Assembly: GCF_036321535.1 (NCBI RefSeq)
Contig: NC_087436.1
Coordinates: forward strand, 105,216,001-105,280,000
DNA from: Camelus dromedarius
Taxonomy: Eukaryota
DNA length: 64,000 nt
Direction of reading: 5' to 3'
The notes beneath the pieces are model-generated. The model was given only the letters and a program-made list of their open reading frames with translations, searched no databases and was not told where the DNA came from. The translations under genes were made by a program, and so were the position numbers. Below are positions 40,101 to 47,365 of the stretch, in pieces (position 1 is the first letter of the stretch; each line of letters opens with the position of its first letter).

Positions 40101-42319
40101 TTAATGTAATTAAGGCCACTGAATTGGCAAGTTTTATGTTATAGATATACTTTATCACAATAAAAATAAATTAATTAAACTTAAGGGCACAGGGGAAAAA
40201 AAGGATAGTAAATGAAAAATGACACTGCATCAGTACCTTTCCACACATTGCGATCGGGATAAAGGAGGCTGACATCTTTGATTATGAGCTTCTCGGGCAG
40301 CAAGTCTAGCTCCTGACAACTGAAAGAGTGCAAAAGTAAAGCCACTTAATAAACCATCAAATTTGCTACTACCCTAGAAAAACTAGTATCACATTCTGAC
40401 ATTGAGAAGCCAGAAATTCAAGCAGCTCAAAGTTGTAAACAAACATTCATTTCAGGGGAAAACAAAACAAAACATTAATCTGGGAAAATCCTAGAGCGGT
40501 TTGAAACAGTAACCAACTATTAAAGCACTGAGAGGTTAATCACACTTGGTGATTTTAACAAGTCTGCAGAAGAGGCGCATACAAGACTGTTTTCCAATAA
40601 ACCTAACAAACCTGAAAATGTTCTAGTTAAAACTTTCAGAAACTTTAATTGGAGCTGAGTCCAAGAGGATACCAAGCTCATAACTATCTCTAAGTGCCTT
40701 CATCGGTCATCCGACAGCTGTATAAAGGATGTTCAATGCATACTATTATATATAAAACTGTTAAACAACAAGGTCCTAGTATATAGCACAGGGAACTATA
40801 TTCAATATCTTGTAATAGACTATAATGAAAAGGACTAGATATATATACATGTGTAACTGAATCACTCTGCTGTATACCAGAAATTAACCTAACATTGTAA
40901 ACCAACTATACTTCAATTTAAAAAATAAATAAATAAAAGGATGTCCAATGCAAATGTTCCCAAGAAAGTGTTTTGCTAAAACACTTCCTTGAATGACCAT
41001 CACCTATACTCTTTTGGGAGAAATCTGTATTTGCAACTCCGTAATAACATCTCAGAAAGTCTTAAAGGGAACTCAGTCTTTGAGATAGTAGTTTAAGACA
41101 TCAGTAATCAGAGTAAATTCAGAGCAAATATAAACACCAGTCTCTCCAGCCAAAAAACATGGTTATCTTCATCTCTGAAAAGATTTATCTATACATTCTC
41201 AATAAAATATCACGCACATCAAAAATTTTAAAATAGGGAATTCTTCATTTCCATGAGAATTCCGTGTGCCCATAATAAATTTGATTTTCCCCTGTTAAAA
41301 AAACATATATATATATAGCCAAAAAGTTTACATACCTTTTCATCTTCCCACTGAAAAAAATTACAATCTTTTCTATCTCTACACGCTGAGCAGGCATAAA
41401 ACCTCCGTGTTTCTTCTTTCCCTTGGTTCACCTTTACAAACAGAAGAGTGGGTCCTAGTTTTAGAATAGGAAAAAACATGTCAGTTCCTAGTTTCCACCG
41501 CCCTTAAATAAAATTGGTTTTAGTTTAATGCACAACTTATCATAATTAAATGTACTATTCTAAGTAATTTTTCCCCCTAAGGTCACGACATTCAGGCCCT
41601 GACTACTTAAGAAATTAAAAGTTTTCAAAACTGGTCTCTCCAGAAAGAAAATGCTATCGTCAGTTTAGTTGCGGTCCACATGGTGAACGGCCTGTGTCCT
41701 GACACAAGGAAGGGTCCAACAACTGAGAACTTTGAAACCTCTGCTCATCTATCCTTTCAGTGAAAATCTGAGCTTTATAGTTGTACATACCCTTTCTCCC
41801 CAAGTTACAGAAAAATTGGGTCTGGTTTCTAAGCAAGAATTCATTCTATCTTGCTCCCTAATGTTTTTTTAATTGAAAAGATGGCAAAGCAACACATGAA
41901 ATCTCCAAGTACTTGGCAATGGGAATTACTCAGTAACATGCATCCTGTTTGTCTAGCCTCTGCCTCGTCCCTTCAAAAAGATGTAATAGCTGTGGAGCCA
42001 AAACCACAACTGTGGGGACTTTCTACGACGGTTTCTTAAGTGGAAAACCACAACTTCCAGAGAAAGGCATCACACACGGTGGGGAAGAGAGGCAGATAAA
42101 AAATCCGGGAGTCCTAAAAGCCCATGGCACCTTCAGGCTAACCCACGCCCCTTGGCGCCTGACAGCCAGCCTGAGCCCAAACGCGGACCCACCGTGAGGG
42201 CACAGCGGGGCGGAGGTGGCGGGATCGGAGGGAAAAACCACCTCGACTCCTGAGCTCCCCTGGCGACCCGAGCCTCCCTTTTCCTCCACGGCTCCAAGCT
42301 GGTCCCTGGAGGCCGCCAT
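1017..42319 (-). CDS. ZCCHC4: ZCCHC4, rRNA N6-adenosine methyltransferase (28S m6A); complete spliced CDS, 13 coding exons, 513 aa
   Basis: Exon lengths 127+119+83+276+81+73+151+101+122+76+52+145+136 = 1542 nt, in frame, all GT-AG. Protein MAASRDQL...CPHGPTLLF...[15 protein letters not shown]...VTDPPFGGL...[14 protein letters not shown]...RAHQYLCS* matches mammalian ZCCHC4 as I recall it. Confidence 0.98.
1476..1515. repeat. (TTTG)n microsatellite
   Basis: Tandem TTTG units seen directly. Confidence 0.9.
4207..4351 (-). CDS. ZCCHC4: ZCCHC4 exon 12 with the CCHC knuckle [14 protein letters not shown]
   Basis: cag|CT...CAA|gttagt; 145 nt. Confidence 0.96.
4851..4902 (-). CDS. ZCCHC4: ZCCHC4 exon 11 ([17 protein letters not shown])
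   Basis: tag|GAT...CTT|gtaagt; 52 nt. Confidence 0.97.
5373..5560 (+). mobile_element. 5'-truncated L1 3' end (lineage-specific) inserted into an older L1 remnant
   Basis: TACTGTATAGCACAGGGAA motif, AATAAA and A tail; TSD AGATATATTCA at 5362-5372 and 5561-5571. Confidence 0.8.
6618..6693 (-). CDS. ZCCHC4: ZCCHC4 exon 10 ([25 protein letters not shown])
   Basis: tag|A...AAG|gtatag; 76 nt; Cys/His-rich. Confidence 0.97.
6946..7067 (-). CDS. ZCCHC4: ZCCHC4 exon 9 ([41 protein letters not shown])
   Basis: tag|GTA...CAG|gtaaga; 122 nt. Confidence 0.97.
7555..7710 (+). mobile_element. MIR SINE fragment
   Basis: TGTGACCTCAGGCAAGTT...TACCTTAGAGCTGCTGTGAAAGTTACATGAGA...TGTAAAGC. Confidence 0.65.
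7988..8164. mobile_element. MER5A-like hAT-Charlie DNA transposon fossil
   Basis: Contains ACCTGGGATCTTGTTGGAAATGCAAATTCT...GGGGCCCAGCAACCTGTATTTTTAACAAGCCCTCC...AAAGTTTGAGCACCACTG. Confidence 0.8.
8700..9077 (+). mobile_element. L3/CR1 LINE 3' fragment
   Basis: CR1-like 3' sequence ending TTCCAAATTTAAAATTCTATGA. Confidence 0.6.
12628..12728 (-). CDS. ZCCHC4: ZCCHC4 exon 8 ([34 protein letters not shown])
   Basis: tag|AA...CAG|gtatag; 101 nt. Confidence 0.97.
13016..13142 (+). mobile_element. tRNA-derived SINE (camelid Vic-1-like)
   Basis: GGGGGAGGGTATAGCTCAGTGGTAGAG (A box)...GGTTCAATCCC (B box), A-rich tail; TSD AAAAGATATTA at 13005-13015 and 13143-13153. Confidence 0.9.
13410..13575 (-). 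mobile_element. MIR SINE
   Basis: CCCATTTTACAGATGGGGAAAATGAAG core. Confidence 0.7.
14421..14571 (-). CDS. ZCCHC4: ZCCHC4 exon 7 with the DPPF catalytic motif (14494-14505)
   Basis: cag|GCT...AAG|gtgtat; 151 nt; [10 protein letters not shown]...[14 protein letters not shown]...GQSQ. Confidence 0.97.
17580..17795 (-). mobile_element. L1MC-like 3' end fragment
   Basis: TTTTAGAGCAGTTTTAAGTTTATAGCAAAACTGAGAGGAAGGTACAGAGA...; same type as 34544-35070. Confidence 0.7.
18389..18461 (-). CDS. ZCCHC4: ZCCHC4 exon 6 ([24 protein letters not shown])
   Basis: cag|G...AAG|gtaaga; 73 nt. Confidence 0.97.
18633..18767 (+). mobile_element. tRNA-derived SINE (Vic-1-like)
   Basis: A and B boxes, long poly-A; TSD AAG(T/G)CAGTAATA at 18621-18632 and 18768-18779. 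Confidence 0.9.
19740..19990 (+). mobile_element. MIR SINE, near full length
   Basis: AACCTGTCTGAGCCTCAGTTTCTTCATCTACAAAATAGG...TACCTCACAGGATT...GTAAAGTGCTTA. Confidence 0.8.
21790..23140 (+). mobile_element. Degenerate L1 ORF2 3' portion (L1M-type)
   Basis: GGAATAAATTTAACAAAAGAAGTACAAGA...CCCACCATAGCCAAAACAATCT...AAAATTAACTCAA; many stops. Confidence 0.85.
21830..21941 (+). mobile_element. Internally deleted Vic-1-like SINE nested in an L1 remnant
   Basis: A box present, B-box region deleted; 17-bp TSD ACAAAATAAAATTAAGA at 21813-21829 and 21942-21958. Confidence 0.85.
23455..23655 (+). mobile_element. MIR SINE
   Basis: CAAGTTATTTAATGTCTTTGCACCTCAGTTTTCTCCTCTG core. Confidence 0.65.
23782..24119 (+). 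mobile_element. Independent L1 (L1MB-like) 3' end insertion
   Basis: CATGGATGAACCTTGAAAACATTATGTTAAGTGAAAG; flanked by AAAAAAAGAAACT at 23769-23781 and 24120-24132. Confidence 0.75.
25271..25351 (-). CDS. ZCCHC4: ZCCHC4 exon 5 ([27 protein letters not shown])
   Basis: tag|G...TCG|gtaggt; 81 nt; keeps frame. Confidence 0.96.
25798..26073 (-). CDS. ZCCHC4: ZCCHC4 exon 4 (YLKFIELP...[10 protein letters not shown])
   Basis: cag|G...AAG|gtatgt; 276 nt; inside track ORF 25755..26096. Confidence 0.97.
28030..31060 (+). mobile_element. Degenerate L1 ORF2/3'UTR interrupted by a MaLR LTR
   Basis: RT-region remnants such as TAGATGCAGAAAAAAAGGCACTTGACAGAAATCAAACATCCATT (DAEKAFD-like), followed by L1 3' sequence. 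Confidence 0.85.
29303..29801 (+). mobile_element. MLT1-type MaLR solo LTR
   Basis: GGGACTTTGCAGATGTGATTAAG...GAGATGGGAAGATTATCCTG...CCTCCAGAACTGTAAGAGAATAAATCTGTGTTGTTTAAAGCCAC. Confidence 0.85.
32590..33060 (+). mobile_element. Tc2/pogo-type DNA transposon fossil (Kanga/MER104-like)
   Basis: Terminal-like ATTTCATCACTTCTAAGATGCATACATTTTCACATTTTAGCATC followed by decayed transposase-like sequence. Confidence 0.5.
34544..37575 (-). mobile_element. Composite L1-derived insertion: 5'UTR + decayed ORF1 + inverted ORF2 scraps + L1MC-like 3' end
   Basis: Perfect TSD TTTACTGTATCATCTTT at 34527-34543 and 37576-37592; track ORF 35916..36161 encodes L1 ORF1p-like sequence (QEAQRVP...RHIVIK...ETLQARREW). 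Confidence 0.85.
35761..36635 (-). pseudogene. Decayed L1 ORF1
   Basis: Starts ATG AGT TGG CAA AGG AAT ATC (compare MRWQRNISQ at 63961+), has an early in-frame TAA, and ends ...[11 protein letters not shown]. Confidence 0.8.
39060..40175 (+). mobile_element. L1 (L1MB/MA-type) ORF2 end and 3'UTR
   Basis: GAAAAGACAGCCTACAGAATGGGAGAAAACATTT...; track ORF 39350..39532 is L1 ORF2-like; ends in an A-rich tail. Confidence 0.85.
40237..40319 (-). CDS. ZCCHC4: ZCCHC4 exon 3 ([28 protein letters not shown])
   Basis: Not in the ORF track; read directly. cag|TTG...AAG|gtactg; 83 nt. Confidence 0.96.
40741..40935 (+). mobile_element. 5'-truncated artiodactyl-type L1 3' end
   Basis: ATATAGCACAGGGAACTATATTCAATATCTTGTAAT...GTAACTGAATCACTCTGCTGTATACCAGAAATTAAC; TSD AAAGGATGT(T/C)CAATGCA at 40724-40740 and 40936-40952. 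Confidence 0.85.
41336..41454 (-). CDS. ZCCHC4: ZCCHC4 exon 2 (GPTLLFVK...[22 protein letters not shown] zinc finger)
   Basis: Acceptor ctag|GA, donor AAG|gtatgt; 119 nt; inside track ORF 41228..41479. Confidence 0.97.
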
Positions 42320-42560
42320 CTTCCCGCCGCCGTCCCGAAAGCCTCGGTCCGAACCAACGAGGCTGAGACAGAGCGCCTCCATGACCCGCAGTGACTCACA
42401 GCGCCCCCGCGCACCTAGGAGGATCTTCGGCCGCTGAGGCTGAGGCTACGCCTCTAAACCCTGTCCCAGGCAGGCCAGAGGCTGCCACCCAGGGGTCCCG
42501 GGCCAGAGGTGGAGTAGGCTGGGATGAGGTGGGGGCGGGGGACGACTCCCAGGCAACTCG
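42150..42560 (-). promoter_or_regulatory. CpG-rich promoter/first exon of ZCCHC4, with a YY1-like site over the start codon, an AP-1 motif and a GC box
   Basis: Sharp rise in GC and CpG around exon 1. GCCGCCATCTT at 42312-42322 (YY1 consensus), TGACTCA at 42392-42398, GGGGCGGGG at about 42532-42540. Confidence 0.85.
42193..42319 (-). CDS. ZCCHC4: ZCCHC4 coding exon 1 (MAASRDQL...PLCPH-G)
   Basis: ATG in strong context AAGATGG; donor CACG|GTGGGT; 127 nt. Confidence 0.95.
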
Positions 42561-43227
42561 TTGGACCCTGTACAATAAGCTCACCTATTTTCTGCCTCAG
42601 CCTTAGCACCTTAGCACCTGTCAGTACCCTCCTAGCGTAAGAGTTTAGCCGGGAGATGAGATGACCCTTCAGTAGAGCAAAGATTTGGTCTGGTTGTAAA
42701 TATATGTATGTTTCATTGCATATGTTGGATCTTTGCTGAAGAGGTTATAAATATGAGCAATAATTTATGAATTTTTTATTTTATTGTCTAATAATGTTTT
42801 TAGTTTGTACAACAAAATCCTTGAGCAGAGAAAAGCTGGGAGACACGGCAGGACTGTCTGAGACAGACCCTTGCCACACTCCCATCTCACAGAGTATAAT
42901 TGCAGATGCTACTAAAACATGTTCGAATTTGGCGCCTCCTCCCCAAAATAGCAATATCTGTCATCAAGCAGAGGGAGTGCTGGATTATACGAGAAAATGA
43001 ACACAAGAGTTCTTTGTCAACAGTCAAATGGTATGTACATATCATCACTCTTTTACAGCTGTGTTCAAATATATAGAGGTGCTACACTACGGAAGAGAAT
43101 TCCATTTATCCTGGATTACTCAACACGGTAGAACCTGCGTGAGATTATAAAGAGGCAGATTATGGCAGGAAAAAAGAACACACTGTGGGGTTCCTAGAAG
43201 CAGAGCCCAGGTTGATTCTTACGCAAG

Positions 43228-43280
43228 TTTTTTGTTTGTTTGTTTTTTGGTTTTGTTTGTTTGTTTGTTTGTTTGTTTTG
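43228..43280. repeat. Interrupted (TTTG)n microsatellite
   Basis: Tandem TTTG units seen directly. Confidence 0.85.
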
Positions 43281-44029
43281 AAGGAGAAACCTGGAAGGAA
43301 GGAAGAGAAGCAGGAGAGTGAGGCAGAGACGTGGTTTCAGCTGGAGTCCAGCCTCAGCCTGATGCTCAGGGAGCTCGGGTGCACGACCAGCACAGTGGTG
43401 TTGCCTGCTTTACAGGGAGAGGCGGGGCTGTGGTACCCCATCATCAGTGTGTCCTAATCCCAGACTAAGCAGGAGTCCTTCTTGAGGGAATCAACTCAAC
43501 TGGGAGGTTTATCTCCTATTCTTTCCCCCTGCTCCTTCCTGCTGTGGAAGGCAGGTACAAAGACTGAAGCTCCTGCAGCCATCTTGGACCTTGAGGTGAA
43601 CTTGAGAGAAAGTAAGGAGAAACTGGACTGTCAAACTCAACTCCTTTCACGTGAGAGTAAACCCTTGTCTGTTTAAGCCACTTGTTTTTTGTGTTTTCTC
43701 TTACATGTAATCAAACTTAATTTTAATATACATTTTCTTTTAATGGCACTTCAGTTTTCAAAAACATGATTTGTACAAGCTAAAATCACGTACACTGTAT
43801 GCTCTCCAGATTTGTAACTAAAATCACGCACACTGTATGCTGCTCCTCCCTTGAAAATGGAAGGATCAGAAGTTGAATCAACTGTTTTAAAAAATATTCT
43901 ACCAATGTGCCTGGTGCTTAAATATATAAACATTTCATTTACATATCAGCTTACAGGAGCTGCTGTTACACATACCACACAGCTGAGGAAACAGGATCCC
44001 AGGTTAGGCTGTGCAGGGAAGAGGGGAGG

Positions 44030-44265
44030 AACGTTGGCTCTACAGTCAGATTGTCTTGGTTCTAATCCCACACCACCGCTTGCTAGACTAGGCAAGTTAC
44101 TTAACCTTTCTGTGCCTCAGTTTCTCATTCTGTAAACAGAGGGATGATAATAATAGTACCCACCCTTTTAGGTACTGTTGGTTGGGAGGATTAAAAGAAG
44201 TAATCCACAGCGTGCACTTACCAGAGTGCCTGGAACATAGCAAGCAATTCGTAAAGCTTAGCTAT
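44030..44265 (+). mobile_element. MIR SINE
   Basis: GGCAAGTTACTTAACCTTTCTGTGCCTCAGTTTCTCATTCTGTAAA core. Confidence 0.8.
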
Positions 44266-44444
44266 GAAAACGGCTCAGGGTTATAGCAGCGGTCAGATTT
44301 GAACCGAGATCCCTCCAACTCAATGCTCGTGCTCCCTCAACAATCTCCGCAGATAGGTCATCCAGGTCCTTGCTTCAGGGAAAGAGCATGCTGCCTACTC
44401 CTTCCCCTCTGTTCACCTCTTACTCCTATTTGCTTAATTAATAA

Positions 44445-44720
44445 CCAGACCTCTCTTATGACTGCTTAGACATCACCACCTCTGGGAGAGCCTTTCCTGA
44501 GCCCCAAGATTAGGTTAGATGCTCCTCTTATGGACGTCCTCCTGTAGCATCCTGACCATCCAGCCCTGGTACCGCTCATCGCTGTACATGAGAATTGCCT
44601 GATTGCTGGTTTGTGCTTCCCTCTACACCGTAAGCCCTTTGAGAGCAAAGGTTGTGTATTATTCTTACATCCACGATGCTGGCACATAACAGACATTTAG
44701 TACATATTCACTGATTGAAT
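44445..44720 (+). mobile_element. L2 LINE 3' fragment
   Basis: CTGGGAGAGCCTTTCCTGA...TAAGCCCTTTGAGAGCAAAG...CTGGCACATAACAG...TTGAATGA. Confidence 0.65.
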
Positions 44721-44789
44721 GACAACTAAAATCAGACTCAGAAAATCTGAGAATATTTGAGCTGGAAGGAAACACTGAGTCATCTCATC

Positions 44790-44960
44790 TAGTGATTCCA
44801 ACAAGGGCTGTGCCACCTCCCAGGGGCACATTTTGAAAATGCCAGGAGGTGTTTTTGGTTGGCACAGGGGCTGGGAGGCACTATTGGAATTTGGAGGACA
44901 GGGGCTGTGTGCTAAATGGTCTGTAAGTGTTAGGACAGTCCTGTGCAATGAAGAATTAAT
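44790..44960. mobile_element. MER20-like hAT-Charlie fossil
   Basis: CCCAGGGGCACATTTTGAAAATGCCAGGAGGTGTTTTTGGTT...GGACAGTCCTGTGCAATGAAGAATT. Confidence 0.55.
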
Positions 44961-45299
44961 TACTCTAGGCTCTGCACAACTTTTCTAATCTGGAAAGACA
45001 ATTTATATAGATGAATAACCTGTTTATAGTTTTTAAATCTAGACTCTAACTTTTCACAAAGTAGTTACTTGCAGTTTTCATATATCTGAATATGACAGGT
45101 ATGCAACCACTGTCTGTATTAAAGAGAAATTATACTGTGCGTTGTCCAGGAAAAAAAAAAAAATTGTTCACCATTGTGGAAAACTCACGTGATCAACAGC
45201 AACATGGCTCATGTTCCTTGAATCCCCAGTACATCCCATCTGTATCCACCTTTAAAGCCGTTACCTTCATGATGATTGCATCTGTCAGCAGTTTCTTCA

Positions 45300-45715
45300 C
45301 ACATAATAAATCATTCTAAAACACGGTGGCTTAGAACACATCGTTCTCCCCCGCACATCTGTGGGTTAGCGAGGGGTTGGCGGATGCAGGCGGGGCTCAG
45401 CGGGGCAGTTCCGCTTGACGCCTGGTCAGCGGGGCTTTCTCCGAGCGTGAGTTGGGCTCAGGTCTGCTCCCTGTATCTCATCATGGGCCCAGGCTGGAGG
45501 GGCAGCATGAGAATGGCAGGGACCCAGGTGGGCAAGGCCCCCTGCCCAGCGCATTTCACACCTTAGTTCAGCCTTGCCTGCTGCTATGCCACTTGGCCAG
45601 GGCAGACCACACTGGCAAGCCCAAGGTCTGGGGGGTGTGGGGGGGAGGAAAAGAACACTCTCCCCACGGAGGTGGCGGGGAGACGGTGAATATTTGTGAG
45701 CAAAACCTAATCTAC
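45300..45715 (-). mobile_element. MLT1-type MaLR LTR fragment
   Basis: CATAATAAATCATTCTAAAACACGGTGGCTTAGAACA...TTGGCCAGGGCAGACCACACTGGCAAGCCCAAG. Confidence 0.55.
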
Positions 45716-46494
45716 CTGAGTGATTCTACATGAATATCCGAATTTAGCTCTGATTTCAAAAAGTCATATATAAAGGAAAAAAAAACAATTTTGTCTTATT
45801 TATCTTAAATCCAAGTGTATTCATGATCATGAAGGTAGGTGTATCTGACAGCTTCATTGTAATATAATAATGTGGTCATGCTGAGCATTCATATGTGAAA
45901 TACATGTTTTATTGTAACTATCCTTTTATTTTAAAATATTTTGTGCATCTTAGTTGAAATGAGGTGTTTGGATAGATTACATTATTAATGGATTTCATTT
46001 TAAGAGACTCATGCGGGTTGGCAAAGTATTCTTTATGAGAAGAGGACAAAGGGGAAAATTTGGGACCCTGTGGCTAATTCAGTGTGCTTCAGTCTGGTGA
46101 AGGGGTCCCTGAGTCACGCACACCTCCCTTTGAGTCCTGCCCCTACCATTTACAAGTTAATTATGTAACTTCAGGCCAGTTGTTTAGCATTTCTGAGCCT
46201 TTCTCAGGTGTACGAAGCGGGTAATAATACCCATCGCTTCTGGTTGGCAGGAAGAATGAAATGAGATCACACGTGTGACATGCAGGATCCTGGCAGGAAA
46301 CAGATGGTGCGCTCACGTTGGGTAATTGAAGAAAGTTTTGTGAGGGGACAGTTTACCAGAGTTAAGTTCAATTACCCAGGGAATGTGCATTCCCTGAGGG
46401 TGATTAACGGTAGGAAGTTATTTCCACCCCTAAGTCTACAGAGCCAAGGGGAAATAGAACTTACTGGAAATCCAAAGAGAATAATTTTACAGAA

Positions 46495-46610
46495 GGGGTC
46501 GGAGGGTATAGCTCAGTGGTAGAGTGCATGCTTAGCATGCCCGAGGTCCTGGGTTCAATCCCCAGTACCTCCACTAAATAAACAAACAAATTTAGTTACC
46601 CCCCTCAAAA
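46495..46610 (+). mobile_element. tRNA-derived SINE (Vic-1-like)
   Basis: GGAGGGTATAGCTCAGTGGTAGAG...GTCCTGGGTTCAATCCCCAGTACCTCC. Confidence 0.88.
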
Positions 46611-46847
46611 GATGAATGGGAAACCATCCCAACAAACACATTTTAGAAAAAAAAGGAGCAGTGTCCTAACAGCTACATGGCAGAGTAAGAACTTTATAAG
46701 TTGTAGCACTTTTAGCTAAGTAAGTAAACACACACACCTGCACATACATACGTATACATATACATACACGCACAGATACATTAACTGGAAACACAAATAA
46801 CCTCCCCAAAGTATGACTAGAACCTCCACTAGAGTCTACTTGATCTT

Positions 46848-47365
46848 GCAGGGAAGGAAGAAAATTCTCCTTCCTCTACCCATCTTGGGTTCTCCAACTG
46901 AAGCCCTACAAAAAATAAAACTAACAAGCAGACATTTATAAACGTGTATCAGGCATGCACATGGGAGCACTCGGAGGGGGGCACCTCAAAGAGGTGTTAG
47001 AACCTGCGCTTATACAGCATCTTGATAGGAGAACAGCACATTTTTAGAGACATGACAAAACATGAAAAGGACTTTGAGCTCCTGTGAGGGACAAATTTGG
47101 GGAAGGCAAGGATATGGGGAAACTAAAGGTAAATAAGGGTCTAGAATCGAAACTAGGGATTAACTTCTGTTCTTCTTGGTACAGAGGGAAGTTGGGGGGT
47201 GGGGGAATGGGGAATATCTTTACAGATTATGTCTTGCTTTTTAGGCAAATAAGGGGAGGGCAGAGAGCTTTTCTTATATCTGCTGATTCTCAATTGCCAT
47301 TATCTCCAAATCATTCTTGTGCCCAACTGGCATATTTGGGAGTGGCGTAGTCTGCTGCCTTTTCA
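46848..47365. mobile_element. ERV-type solo LTR
   Basis: TG...CA bounded, ending GGCATATTTGGGAGTGGCGTAGTCTGCTGCCTTTTCA, which resembles ERV1 LTR termini. Confidence 0.55.

Noticed and set aside
1153..42192. Minor (U12) introns in ZCCHC4
   Set aside because: No donor matches GTATCCTT or ATATCCTT; all look like U2-type GT-AG introns
42133..42606. Several overlapping ORFs at the promoter
   Set aside because: Expected in GC-rich CpG islands, where stop codons are scarce; only the exon 1 frame is supported by splicing and homology
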